Source: Azolla caroliniana
Lineage: Eukaryota > Plantae > Polypodiophyta
Assembly: GCA_043228905.1 (NCBI GenBank)
Contig: JBHGNT010000002.1
Coordinates: 9,734,001 to 9,798,000 of the forward strand
DNA length: 64,000 bases
Direction: 5' to 3'
Position numbers and translations under genes: made by a program
The notes under the pieces: generated by a model
The model's database searches: none
What the model was told of the DNA's origin: nothing
What the model saw: only the letters and a program-made list of their open reading frames with translations
Part shown: positions 37,385-51,400 of the stretch, piece after piece
Layout of the letters: every line of letters begins with the position of its first letter
How positions within the stretch are numbered: the stretch's first letter is position 1

Positions 37385-37650
37385 ATGTGGTCATGTGGAT
37401 GATGGCAATACCATGATGGTTCATGAAAATGATAATGATGGATGTACCATGGTTCAGGATGATGATGATGTGCATATCATATCTCATGATGGTGGTGATG
37501 ATGATGATGATGGCAATGGGCACACCATCATTCATGATAGGCATGCCACTTCTCAACAGACCATGTTTCATCATGAGTATGTGCATACCATGATTCATGA
37601 TGATGATGGGCATGCCATGTTTCATGATGAAGAAGAAGAAGAAGAAGAAA
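37385..37650. repeat. CAT/GAT-rich degenerate tandem repeat inside the hAT element
   Basis: Repeated CATGATGATG / ACCATG.TTCATGA units, then (GAA)n. Confidence 0.7.
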
Positions 37651-40600
37651 ATTCTAGTACTCTAATTTCTCTCGCCCATGTTCTGAAATAATTACCGTAG
37701 TTTACGGACATCCACTGTACTTGCCTCTAGTACAAAAAACACTATTTCTCTAGCGGGAAAATGAACGTTGGAAGCAAAGGCAACAATAATTCAGGATTGC
37801 AATCATCAGGCATTTGAGCAAATATTCATGGATGTCATTAATTATTGTGATAAAGAAACAAAACCTTCACAAACATAGCTATTAAAAATGTGCATTTTAT
37901 GTATAAAATGCATTTTAGAATACTTGAACTATTTAACATACATTCTGCATTTTACAACTGCCATTTCAAACTGGTCTTGTTCTTATGAACCTAATTGGAA
38001 ATTTTTAGAAACTATAGTTGTGCACTCACCTTGCAATAGAGAGCGACGAGCGGCGATTGAGCGAGCGGCGATCAACGAGGAAGGAGGAACGAGTAATGAT
38101 GAAGTCCGAAGGATGGAGTTGTGAGAAAAAACAGAAATTGACAGAGTGAAATGGAAATTGACAGAGAGGGAGACAGAAATCGTCGTCAGAGAGGGAGAAA
38201 GAAATCGTCGACAGAGAGGGAGACAGAAATGAGAGAGAGAGAGAGAGAGAGAAAGAGGAGGGGGGGAAAAAACATGCAAAGGGGGAAAAAGGGGGAAAAG
38301 GGGGGAAAGGCTCAAGAGTAAATGAATATGTTTTTTTTTAACCTTTTTATTTTTACAAACTATATAAATAGCCGGTTCAAAAAATATGAACCGGCTAGAT
38401 TCCGGTTGGTAGGAAAACCTAGCCGGAATCAATTCCGGCTGCCCCCCACCTTGGCCGGCAAAAGTCCCAACCCAACCGGAACGCTGACACTGTTCCTGGG
38501 ACTTTGCCCAACACTGGTATACATATGAAGCTCTTTTCATCTTCTCGGCTCATAGAATTTCGCAGTCTATAGTCACTAGTGTATTTTTTGGGTTTAACAT
38601 GTAAATGGAGGAATACAGAAAAACAAGGCCACTTGTTAAATCAGTCAAAATTAAGTGCTTTCCACAAAGATAGTACACATATTTGGTATTGGGAATTCTA
38701 TGGATGAGACTTATAGCTATAAGCAGCTTTGTCATAATTGAGAAATCTAGAACAAATTGGTATTTGCCATTGATATCTGATTCCCGAGCACTAGGGACTA
38801 GCCTCTCGAGGACCACCAAATTTTATAAAAAGTCCCTAGAATTTGGGAGACGTTGTTCTTTTTATTGGTTTTGAATGAGCTTTCCATGAGCCTTGCTATA
38901 TTCTTTTGGCATAATTCTTATAATTGTTTGTGCTCGAGTAAAATGGCATATTTATTATTTTTAATTGATGATTTCAACTAGCTAATGATATGGGAAGTCA
39001 AGGCATGGGAGGAATTGGATTGAATAGAAGAGTATACAACATGAAAATTAATTTTGTTGTTTGCCTCACAGGCCATTCATTATTGAGAGCAAGACCTAGT
39101 TTAATTGGGTTTTAATCTTGAAACTTTTCTAAGATTGGTAACAATGAATTAATTTATGTGGCTAATCAAGCATATGCTTTATTTATGAGTTCACCTTGGA
39201 TTTAATTATGAACTGAACTTACTTTATTTTACTATTCAGTAATTATGAAGATAGTAATAGTGGAATTTGGAAAGGACCTACAATCAACCAACTATTTAGA
39301 CATGTAAATTTTTTATTGCTTATGCTAATTGATATGCTATGGATTAATGTTGATTTTATTTATTGCCTAGAAAATATGTTAAGAATAGTATTAATTATGT
39401 TTAGGGAATAAAGAAACAAAGGATGGGTGGAACCTTCAACTCAATTCCAAATATGAGTTACAAAACGAATTCACTTTAGCGAAACACGTATACTTTTTTA
39501 ACGAGGAAAAAGTAGTTGTTTAGGTTGGTTGGTACTGGTCGTTAGAGTATAGGCATTACTCACATGGCTAAGGTTGAGGTGTTTCTATCGAGGAAATTTC
39601 AATGTCCTCCAAGGTCCAAAATAATTGCCGCCTTTGCATTTTCGATGTTTTCTCGCACCCTTTTTGTCTATCTGGATGACTTTGTTTCACTAGAACCCTA
39701 CTTTTATGGCATCTTTGAGTTGAGTGCCCTTGTGATAATGTGTTGAGGAGATGCCCTTACCACTCTTCATAGCACATCTTTGTCGTCAATTCTAGAATTG
39801 AATGAGGCAATAGCAATCTCCCTTTCCTTTCTTTACCCCTAGCCTATTTAGGGCATGCTCCTCTAGAGCTTATTGTTTCTATCAACAATGTTGGCATGTT
39901 TAAACAATTTCTGAGCTCAATTTATTAAGTACCTACCACTTACCTAATTTTTTTTACTTCCCAAGGAAATGGTGCCCAAGCACCAAGTATAGCATAAAAA
40001 AGATAAGTAAAGGAATTAAATGTAATTGTGACTTAGGTATGAAAGTTCCTCATTTAAACCCTAAAGCCATGTTTTAGACTTGTTGAATTTTATGAGGGTT
40101 TAGCTAGAGCTTAAGTATTCTAACCTCTCTCTTTTTGTTTTTCTGGTAAAAGCACACAATTATATGAATTGTATGTAAACGCCATTGTTACAACTTCTTA
40201 ACTTCTCTACCAATGTAGGTAGAGGGAAGTCTTTGTAAATCCGTAAGAAAACCCGAAAATGAATTTGAGGAAATGACCCCCACATGCTCGAATATCCAAA
40301 AATTCCACATGAGAATGCCTTTCAACTTCTTAACGTAAGTTTTCGTCCTATGTCTACCATCAAAGATGAAAACATTATAGATATTCTAATTGTTTTGCAA
40401 TTGTAGTTCTTAAAAAACACATCTTTTAAGTTTAGAATACATTTTAGAATACCTTGAGGACTAGGGGTCGGATGGTGAGGGAGCTTGCTTCGGTCTTTCT
40501 CTGCCCGCGCTAGCTCCAACTGGTCAGGCTTCCAGTCGGATATATCCGCAACCGGCTCAACTTCCTTCCTTGCTGTCGGCCTTCGGGCCGTGTCGGCTCT

Positions 40601-41386
40601 CGGGCCATGCCTACCGTTAGCTTTTGACAGCGGCCGCCTTGGCCTCCTTCTTTGCTATCGGCTCTTGGCAGCGTCGGCTCTCGGCTTTCTGCGGGTTCGT
40701 CTGTCCAACGTTTTCTTTCCGCCGTCCCACGCAACATCAACGAATCCGAATAGAGCCAACACAAAGAAACGACAGCAGAAAACAAGAACAAGATAGGCAA
40801 TAGAGTATAAGGAAATGTTCTATTAATCACGGTTCATAGACCAAGTTACAATAATGGCACTTGGACAGATTTGACATGACAACGATACAACTGGAAAGGA
40901 AAGCGATAAGACCAAAGACAAATGACAAGAATGAAGGGCTCGAAGATGGCCACAGCTCCTAACTCGTAATGCTTTCCCTCGACGAACCGGGCATACTGCC
41001 ATGTGAAACGTGAATGGTGAGCTCTAGGGCTCGCAATGGCGAACGCGAACGCACGTTGACCACGAATAAACCTCCGAACGGTGAGCACTCGGGCTCACCA
41101 CGGAGAATGGAGGCCTTGCACCACCACGATGACGCTGCTTTGTGAAGCTAAGTGGCGTGAGAGAGCTCAACAGAGAGAACGAGAAGAGGAAGATCTTCCA
41201 ACACCTAAAGCCAAACTAAAAGAAGACTAAGAGAGAGCCCCCCCCCCCCCTTTTGTCAGCACCCCTCTCCTTTTGGCCTTAGAAGACGTTAATATATCTT
41301 TCTTTCTTTCTTTCTTTCTCCCCTTTATAGCCGAAGGGAGAGGTGCCACTTTGTTATCTCCCTATTGGAGAAACACCTTGGATTAC

Positions 41387-44300
41387 TGTTGAGAGACAAG
41401 CTCAACATCGGCCGGATCGGCTGAAGAAGCCGAGGACCGGATCGGTTGGGACCGATCGGTTAGGCCGAGTGCGTAAACCGGGAGGTCGTTAGGAAAGATA
41501 TTCCGTGAGGAATATATTTGGGAGTTAGTGTAGGAGTTCTTGATGAGCATTGAAGTACTGTCAGTACTTCGGTCAGTCCTTCTAGGACTTGTATAAAAGT
41601 GTTCACTGAGCACGTCTTATGTACAGACTGAGTATTATTGTTGAATATAGTGTTTGTGTCTTCTCTCTCACTCTCTCTGTCTCTCCCGCGTATACCGTGT
41701 AAGCTCAAGCTCTCCATTGAACTTGAGTTTCCTTCCTTCTGTTTGGTCTTCATACTTGCTTCCGCACGTTACTTTCTACATGGTATCAGAGCGTGAGGGT
41801 TGAGAACCTCTCTGCAGCCGACACAGCTTGACGAAGGAGAACAAGAAGAACGATGGATAGAGGCATGGTGAGCTCGCTTCCAACAGAGAAGCTCGACAGA
41901 ACCAACTACGCGTCTTGGTCCTACAAGATGCACCAGTACCTGCTCAGGCACGGCTGCTGGAGTTATGTCGAAGGAGCTAATGACGCGGCACCCGAATCGA
42001 CACACAAAGACTTCCCGTCGTGGGAGCAATCGGCGAGCAGGGTATTATACTGCTTCGCGTCGTGTGTGGGCGAACAACCATTGAGCTATGTTCGGGATGC
42101 AAAGACGCCGAAGGGTGCGTGGGAAAATTTGAAGAAGATTTTCGCCGCAAGCACCACAGCCAGGAAGCTTCAACTCCGACAGGAGTTGAGCAACCTACGA
42201 CAACGCGACTTGTCGGTGGCGGACTATACCTCGAAGATGAAGGATATCTGCGACTCCCTCGCCTCCATATAGGTGAACATCGAGGAGAGCGAGATGGTCC
42301 AGATCTGTCTCGGAGGTTTGGCGTCGAAGTTCAGAGCGTTCCGAACGGCTGTGTGTGCCCGGGAGAATACGTTGTTCGAGCATTGACTTACAGTCAATTA
42401 TCCTGGTAGAGGAGAACCACGCGGGTGCGTCTACAAGCACGCACACCGACAACAGAATGCTGTACACGGAGGGAGATAGGCCCCGTGGACATGGAGGACG
42501 AGGCGAGTCGGCACGCAATGGAGGCGGCCGACGAGATCAGGGAAGAAGGCACCGAAGTGATGCCGACAGCAACTCCGGACCCTTTGGAAACAAGGGGAGT
42601 CGAAGCGATGAGAACCGGCAAGGGAAGTCCATCACGGAGTGCTAGTACTGTGGCAAGAAAGGCCACGGGGAAAGTGAGTGCTGGAAGAAGCGCGCCGATT
42701 CGGAGAGAACCGGTTCCGAAAACGGCTCCGGACATACCGACAAGGGAAATCGGCAGCGATTGCACTACGCCGAAGACTCCGGGAGAGCCGGAGAAGGGTC
42801 TGTCTTCGTGAAGAGACACGAAGTAAACTCAATGAAGCAGACCACCCCGAGATCGGACGAGGTGTGGTACGTAGACTCCGGCGCGTCAAACCACATGACG
42901 AGCCATAAGGAATGGTTCTCGTACCTTGAAAAACCGAGACAACCTGGAGTAGTCGCAACTGGAGACGACACTCCGCATCCGATCGCGAATGTCGGAGAAG
43001 TTCCCCTTAGCCATGTCGGGCAGAAAGGGAAACTCATGAACGTGCTGCACGTCCCGACAATCACGAAAAACTTGGTCTCGGTCGGACAGATTGTCGACCA
43101 AGGGATGGAGGTTCGGTTTACACACCTTGGGTGCTTCATTGAGGAAGAAGGCCGTGTGATTGTGCAAGGGCGCAGAGACGGGAGGATGTTCATCCTCGAC
43201 TCCATTGACGGCAGCACCGCAATGTTCGCAAAGGGAAGAAAAACCGAGTCGGACATTGACTTGTGGCATAAGCGGATAGGCCACGTCAACTACCAGCGGC
43301 TTCAAGATCTGCAAACGAAACAGGTGGTATTCGGATTGCCCAAATTTAGTGGCCGAAAGGCACAAATTTGTGAAGCCTCCCAGCTCGGGAAGCAACACCG
43401 ACTTCCTTTCCCAAACGAGTGAAACCAGAGCCGGAATAAGCTTGACCTTATACACTCCGATGTATGGGGGCCGACACAAAACGTTAGTCTTGGCGGGAGC
43501 CGATATTTCGTCTCCTTCATCGACGACCACACGCGGCACGCGTGGATCTACCTCATTGAGAGGAAGAGCGAAGTCTTCGCCTATTTCCGGTACCTCAAAG
43601 GGTTCGTGGAAACGGAAACGGGACTAAAGATCAGGTGCCTGCGGTCGAATGGCAGGAAAGAGTACTTTTCTGGTCAATTCAACGGTTATCTACAACAAAT
43701 GGGAATTCGGCGTGAATTCAGTTGTAGATACACGCCAGAGTAGAACGGCGTGGCTGAGACGAAGAATCGGTCGATTGTGGAAGTGGCACGGGCAATGCTG
43801 GAGGAGAAGAGCTTGCCCAAGTTCTACTGGGCCGAGGTGGTAAGGACCGCGGTATACATCCAGAACCGGATCGGAGACAAAGTGTCGGCGCACCAGCTAT
43901 ATTTCGGAACGAAGACGAACTTGCGACACTTGAGGGTGTTCGGTAGCATTGCGTATGTGCATGTACCGAAGGAGAAAAGGAGGAAGCTGGACGCAAAGGC
44001 CGAGAAGTGCATCTTGGTCGGTTACTCGGACGAGTAGAAGGGTTATAAGTGGTATAACCCTCGCACCAAACAAGCGCGTGTCAGCCGCGACGTTGTGTTT
44101 GACGAGTCCGCGTCCTCGTACCTGCCCCCGACTCCGAACCCCGCCCCCAATCCAAGCTCTGACGATGAGGCCAACGAGGCCGAGATGCCTCCGGATGAGC
44201 CCGAAATCGAGACCCGTGAAGAGAGTCCGATTTCACTCCGATTAAGTGGACCGATTGGACGACTGAGTCGGTACGACCAGTCCAATGAAGAGCCGGCGAG

Positions 44301-47067
44301 TAGTGGAGGCTCGGCCGTGCATTCCCCGCACAGGAAGCCGAGGAGACGGCTTACACACAAAGAGAAAGGGAAGAAGAAGGTGTCGGATTCCGGCACGGAT
44401 AGGAACGAGTTAGACCGACGCGAGTCCGACTCCGAGGGAACCGGTGACAGGTCTTTAAAGGTAAAGTCGGCGTCGACCGAGAAGGCCTCGACATCGGCTA
44501 ATGTGAGATTACGCCGATCTACCTGCTAGAAGAACCCTGTCTTGCGGTTCGGATACAACGAGTACATGGCGCATCGTTATGCGTACATGACCTGTGTAGC
44601 GGAAGTGCGTGAGCTGGAGAGCTACGCAGAAGCGGCTAAAGACGCGAATTGGCGTGCCGCGATGGAGGAAGAGATGCACGCATTGGCGGAGAACGAGACC
44701 TGGGACCTGGTTGACACACCAACAGGGGTAAAACTGATCGGGTGTAGGTGGGTGTACAAGGTCAAGTACAACACCGATGGCTCTTTTAACCGGTACAAGG
44801 CTTGGCTAGTGGCAAAGGGCTACGCGTAGAAACACGGCATCGACTACGATGAGACATTTGCGCCGGTCACGAAAATGACGACTGTCCGTGTTTTGCTCGC
44901 AGTAGCCGCGGCCAAGGGGTGGCACCTACATCAAATGCATGTAAAGAATGCGTTCCTGCAAGGTGACCTTGAGGAACAGGTGTACATGGTACAACCCCCC
45001 AGATTTCACTCCGGAACAAACTCCTCGGCAGTATGCCGATTGAAGAAGTCCCTTTACGGACTGAATAAGCCCCGCGTGCCTGGAATGCGAAGATCACGCA
45101 ACAACTGCGTCGGATGGGCTTCGTCACGTCAAAATCGGACTCTTCCCTGTTCATCCGGAAAGGTCGACTCGGACCGGTTAGTATTTTACTATATGTTGAT
45201 GACTTGGTCATCACCGGCGTCGACCTAGGTGAAATCGACCGCGTGAAGCTCTAGCTTGCGGCATCGTTCGACATGAAGGATCTGGGGGACCTTCATTACT
45301 TCCTCGGGATCGAAGTGATCCGTACCCCCGAAGGCATATTGATCAGCCAACGTCATTACGTGCTGGGTATGCTCTTCAAATTCGGGATGGCCGACTGTAA
45401 GTCTATCTCGACTCCTTTGGACAAAACCGTCAAGCTTCGTCCCGACACGGGAAAGGTATGCGACCCGACGAGGTTTCGACAAATTGTCGGAAGCCTCATA
45501 TACTTGACCATCACCCGACTCGACCTCAGTTATCCGGTCGGGGTGATCAGTCAGTTCATGGCACGACCTACCGAGGAGCACCTTCAGTGTGCGCAACGCG
45601 TATTGCGGTACGTAAGCGGCACTAAGGACCGCGGACTGCTATATCGGACCGGTGTAGCCGCGCGGTTAGTCGGCTACACCGATGCTGATTGGGCTGGCAA
45701 CGCCGCCGATCGCCGATCCACGTCCGGATACGCGTTCTCCCTCGGGAGTGCCGCGATCGCGTGGAGCAGTAAGAAGCAGCTGACATTTGCACTGTCGAGC
45801 ACTGAAGCTGAGTACCGAGGAGCGGCTGTCGCGACATGCGAAGCCATATGGTTGAAGCGGCTACTTAAGGACCTGCAAGAGGAGGTGTCAGATCCAACGA
45901 CGATCTATTGCGACAACCTCAGCAGCATCCAGCTCGCGAAAAACCCCGTTTTCCATGCACGGACCAAGCACATTGAGGTGCACTACCATTTCGTCCGTGA
46001 GCGTGTCCTTTCCGGTGAAGTCGAACTTCAGTACGTGTCGACGGATCAGCAGACTGCCGACATCTTCACCAAGCCTCTTGGTCTGGACAAGTTGCGGCAA
46101 TTGTCGGGTGCGCTCAGATTGCGTCACCTCGACGTGCTGAACTTGAGGGGGAGAACAGTCCCAAACGACCAAGCAAGGCAGCAGGAAAGGAGCGGAGACC
46201 GCGACACCGAGTCGGTTGTCAAGTTCGACTTCGGATCGGCTGAAGAAGCCGAGGGCGGACCCGCGGAAAAATCTCAAATCGGACAGAAGGGGAGCAGCCG
46301 AAGGAGAGAGACGAAGCCAACCACGAATTGGGAAGATGACGCCATCGAGGGCGAGAAGATCGAAGACGAGTTGGAGACAGCCAACTCGGACGAGAGCGAA
46401 AACCGATCGGAGGTAGCCGAGTCGGTTTGGATGTTTGATTCAGACACGCTAAATCAACCGAGGCCCAAGCGGAAGAAAAGGCAGCAGAAGAAGCGTCAAC
46501 ACCGCAACAGCAGAAGAGCTGATGAGGGCCACATGAGCAGACAAGCCGACCGGAAGGGTCGAAGCGCGCGAAGTCGAACAGGTCGAGGAGCGCGATCGAG
46601 GCGTGAAGCCAGGAGGAATCAGAGCTGTGAGCCCGAGGATCCCGAAGAGCCTCGAGTTGAGCTTGAGGGGGAGTGTTGAGAGACAAGCTCAACATTGGCC
46701 GGATCGGCTGAAGAAGCCGAGGACCGGATCGGTTGGGACCAATCGGTTAGGCCGAGTGCGTAAACCGGGAGGTCGTTAGGAAAGATATTCCGTGAGGAAT
46801 ATATTTGGGAGTTAGTGTAGGAGTTCTTGATGAGCATTGAAGTACTGTCAGTACTTCGGTCAGTCCTTCTAGGACTTGTATAAAAGTGTTCACTAAGCAC
46901 ATCTTATGTACAGACTGAGTATTATTGTTGAATATAGTTTTTGTGTCTTCTCTCTCACTCTCTCTGTCTCTCCCGCGTATACCGTGTAAGCTCAAGCTCT
47001 CCATTGAACTTGAGTTTCCTTCCTTCTGTTCAGTCTTCATACTTGCTTCCGCACGTTACTTTCTACA
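41387..47067 (+). mobile_element. Full-length Ty1/copia element G (disrupted ORF)
   Basis: 394-bp LTRs at 41387-41780 and 46674-47067 with about 7 differences by eye. TSD ATTAC, PBS TGGTATCAGAGC at 41781-41792, and PPT. Domain order gag-PR-IN-RT-RH. Confidence 0.96.
41853..46679 (+). pseudogene. Copia G gag-pol polyprotein with stops and frameshifts
   Basis: WYVDSGASNHM, LWHKRIGH, HSDVWGP, LLYVDD, YTDADWAG and RTKHIEVHYHFVRE motifs. Confidence 0.93.
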
Positions 47068-48473
47068 ATTACTTTTCCGGAGTAATCGGGGCAAGGAATT
47101 GTGGTCGCGTAAAAGAGTAGGGTAGGGTCTAGCAAGGCGGAAACATTACACCTTGCAGGGTTGAACCCTCCGAGAATCGGCTACAACCGATTCATGCTCA
47201 CGATTTCATATGTTAGATAACAGAATCATAAATAAGGTTAAGATGAGACACACACAAAGTTTGGCCCAAAAAGTACATGTATTGATTACTAAATATAGCA
47301 ATTACAAGAGTAGTATAGACCGATTATAATTAGTAACGCTCTCTCTCTTAATACAAATCTTCGAATCTAAACTTAATCACTCTGGCTCGAAATAGGGATA
47401 TCTGTTGCCTGTCCTTCCTTCTGTTGCTTCCCGTTTTAGATATAACTTTCTCCTTAATCGGCGCATTCCAACTACTCTCTTCTAATCCTCGGCTTATGTC
47501 TCGGCTGCTAGTATTTCGGTTACTTTCCCCCTTGGCTGCTATTGTTTAGGCCTTTTCCTTCGCTTTTGACCTACTAGTCCCTTTTTACTCTTTACTTTAA
47601 GATTCTTTCCACACTTCATGCCTTTTGTCCCACGGATAACACCTGGCATGACTGTGGGATAGTGCTTTCCATGTCGAACCCAAAAAAAATCGAACTCAAA
47701 CATATTGCCATCCGAAAAAATGCTATAATACACTTATTCCTCCTCCAAAATGCTCGTGAGACTCTCCACCTACTTCGGCTCGTCCGGTTTGAGCTCGGCT
47801 ATCAATTCTAGCCCGTGGTTTGTTAATGTCGGAACAACCTCTTGGGCGTTGTTTGGTTGAGTCACCTCTGCTTGTGTTGGCTTGTCTAGGTGGAGCTCGA
47901 CTGGCAATTCTAGTCGTTGCTCTGCATCCGCCAACGTAGCTTCTGGAGCCATCTCCTCCTATTTTGGCTCTGTGATCTGGGTGGCCCTCGGTTTGATCGG
48001 TTGGTCCAAGGGCGTTCCATCGTCTATTTTCGGCTCTTGTCTTGCTTGCTCGGTCAACACGTCTGCTGCAGTGGCTTCAACTTCCTTCTCGGCTCGGAGA
48101 CGCTCGCATTCATATCCTTTCGTTTCAATGGTGAGCAACAATTGATCATTGTTGAATTCCTCAAGGAGGGTTCCGATGGTCATGGTGTGTGTGCACGCCA
48201 AGACCTGGAATTCCTCAATGAGGTCTTTGCGGAGGATTTGAATGCTTTTCTCGTCCATTTTGTAAAACCCGTGGCCCTCCTTTTGTCAGTTTTTGGTATA
48301 AGGATTTAACTTCCTTTGACCTGTGAGAAAGACCAACTGAAATCCATGCAAAATACGCGGAAAATAGAAGACATAGGTTTTACGTGGAAACCCCAAACGG
48401 GGAAAAAAACCACGGGAACACAGATCCACTATACAATGGAGAATACAAAGGAGACGGTATACAACTCTGTGTG

Positions 48474-51400
48474 TGAAGAGAATAGACACGGAATATTGCT
48501 CGGCCACAACCGAGCCTTGAATGACAGGAATGGGAATGAAACACAGAAATGGGAAGTGGAGAGTACACAAAGGAAATACACAGGATGTTTACGTGGAAAA
48601 CCCAAATAAGGAAAACCATGGGAGCCCACAGACTCCAACTATCACCATAGGAGAAAGGTACAATCAGAGCCTCGGAGGCAACGACCTCGAGCTCTGTATC
48701 TTCGCCAATCGGCGGTTACAACAGAGTATCTCTCTATATCTCATACTCTCTCCCTCTCTATCGCTCTCTGTACAACAATTACAACGATATAAACAACAAT
48801 ACTCTCTCACTTTCTAAAACGATTGCCCTATTTACAAATATATCCTCAATAGGCTTTTACTCAAAACATATCTACAAATATGTCTTCTCTTCCGGTTCTC
48901 ACTGGGTCCTCTTCATTCATCACCGGATCCCATTCATTCATCTCTCAACAATTTCCCCCTTCACTTCGGCATGGGATGTCTCATCAACCCGATCCACTTT
49001 TGACACATGTCCAGCTTGTCGGTTATCAACACCTTGGTCAACATATCCGACCTGTTCTCCTCCGTGTGGATCTTCGTCAACACGAACTCTTGATCTTCTA
49101 CTCTCTCTCGGATCCAATGGTACCTTCCCTGGATATGTTTCATTCGGGAATGGTAGGCCGCGTTCTTTGCAAGGTGGATGGTACTTTGACTATCGCAGTA
49201 GAGCCGATATTCCTCTTGTTGGATTCCTAGCTCTCCGATGAAGTCCTTCATCCAGATTATCTCCTTGCCGGCTTCTACAGTTGACATGTACTCAGCCTCC
49301 GTGGTTGACAACGCAACCGTCTTCTACAGCCTCAACTGCCACAAAACAGCTCCCCCAGCATGAGTCATGACATATCCGGATGTAGACTGGATGGTATCCG
49401 CATCAACCGACATATCCGAATTCGTGAATCTGTCAAGTTGGGGATTACCGGAGCCGAACCGGAGGCACATACTCGAGGTGCCTTTCAGATACTGGAGGCA
49501 CATACTCGCTCATGAACTGGCTTACCACTCTAACTGCATATCCGATATCCGGCTGGGTACATACCATCGCGTACATCAAGCTTTCGACGGCAGAGGCATT
49601 TGGTATCTTCATCATATCCTTCTTCTCCGCCTTTTTCCTCGAACTTTGTTTTCCGGATAGCTTGCAATTTTCCGGAAGTGTCGATCTGACCAGTTTCGCC
49701 TTCGACATGTTGAAGTGTTGAAGCACCTTTGTCACATACTTCTCTTGTGACAACCACAACAGCTTCTTCGACGGGTCCCGGATGATGTGCATTCCCAATA
49801 TCTATCTTGTCGGCCCCAAGTCTTTCATTGAGAAGGTCTGGTTCTGAGCCTTCTTCAGCATCTAGATCTTGCCTTGGTCTCATCCGACGATCAACATATC
49901 ATCCATGTATAGGAGCAATACCAGGAACTCTCCTCCGTCAAATTTCTTCACAAACACGCAGTGATTGGCTTGCGTCTTGTGGTACCCTTGGTCGGTCATG
50001 AAGGAGTCGAACTTCTGGTACCATTGTCGGGGAGCTTGCTTCAGTCCGTATAAGCTCTTCTTCAGCTGACACACCACATGCTCCTTCCCTTTCTTCTCAA
50101 ATCCTTCCGGTGGATGCATGTAGATCTCTTCTTCAAGGTCACCATGGAGGAATGCCCTCTTGACGTCCAGTTGCTCTACCTCGAGGTCCATGCTTGCCGC
50201 TATGCCCAATACCGTCCGGATGGATGCCATCTTTACTACCGGGGCAAAGATCTCATCGAAGTCCACTCCTTTGTTCTGCTGGAAGCCCTTCACCACGATC
50301 CAGGCTTTGTACCTTGGTAGATTTCCGGCGTCTCCCGGTTTCAGCTTGTACACACACTTGTTCTGGAGTGCTCTCTTCCCTTTCGGCAACTCTGTCAGTT
50401 CATACATGTGGTTCTCATGCAAGGAATCCATCTCGTCCTACATGGCACTCAACCACTTGCGGATGTGGGTGTCTCTCTTTGTTTCTTTGAAGCTTTCTGG
50501 CTTCCCCTCATCGGTTAGCAACACATGCTCTACATCCGGAAATCTCTAGGGGGCTCTTTTCTCCCGGAGAGGATATCTCCGTCCTTGGTTTCTGACTACT
50601 GGTTCCTCCGCCTATTCCTCATCCTCATTCGATTCAGGATCTTGTCCGGTTCCGGTGTCTTCTTCTTCTTCTTCTTCAGTCGGTTCGGTTTCCTATCCGT
50701 ATCTGGTCAGTTTGTCGAGTGTCATCCAGTTTTCAACCGGGTAGGTCCTTGTGTCCTCAAGCTGGTTTTCATTGGATGATCCGGAGTTGATCATCTTCTT
50801 CTCCAACTCCCAGTCGACAATAGTCCTGTCTTCCATGAAGACTATGTCCCGACTCCAGAACACCTTCTTGTCGACCAGATCCCACACCCGGTAACTAAAC
50901 TCATCATCGCTGTATCCAAGGAATATGCATGGCTGGGACTTTGGATCCAGCTTTTCTCTCTTATCCTTTGCAACATGCACATATGCTAGACACCCGAACA
51001 CCTTCAGATGCTCGTAAGACATGTCCTTACCGGTCCATACTCTTTGCTGTGTGTCTCCGTCCAAGGGTACTGAGGGTGATCTGTTTATCACATAGGTCGC
51101 CGTCATCAGCGACTCAGCCCAAAACATCTTGGGTAACTTTGCATGTGCCAGCATGCTCCAAACTCTATCCATCTCAATTCAGTTCATCCTTTCGGCCAAC
51201 CCGTTTAGTTCCGGCGTCTTTGACATGGTGAATTTGAGCCGGATTCCCTTCGACCGGTAGTACTCCTCGAACTGCCCCTGGTATTCTCCTCCGTTATTTG
51301 CTCGAAACCCTAAACCCGTGTAGCCTTCATCATTTAGCCGATCGGCTGATATCAGGTTCACTCGAACCTCTGGAACGTATCAGACATCCTTCAACAACAC

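Larger units (their letters stand above)
33086..38516 (-). mobile_element. Complete hAT-superfamily DNA transposon
   Basis: Perfect 17-bp TIRs CAGTGTTGGGCAAAGTC. Perfect 8-bp TSD GTATACAT at 33078-33085 and 38517-38524. CCGG-rich subterminal motifs. Confidence 0.96.
40455..48321 (-). mobile_element. Gypsy copy F: end of 3' extra ORF and a 3' LTR of about 1.5 kb (47671 to about 40455), interrupted by copia G and E
   Basis: Extra ORF N*QKEGHGFYKMDEKSIQILRKDL is homologous to A and B. GGGTTCGACATGGAAAGCACTATCCCACAGTCATGCCAGGTGTT matches the LTR start of A. Left boundary tentative. Confidence 0.65.

Noticed and set aside
37320-37691. His/Asp-rich or Met/Ile-rich ORFs as real genes
   Set aside because: They arise from CAT/GAT low-complexity repeats that are open on both strands.
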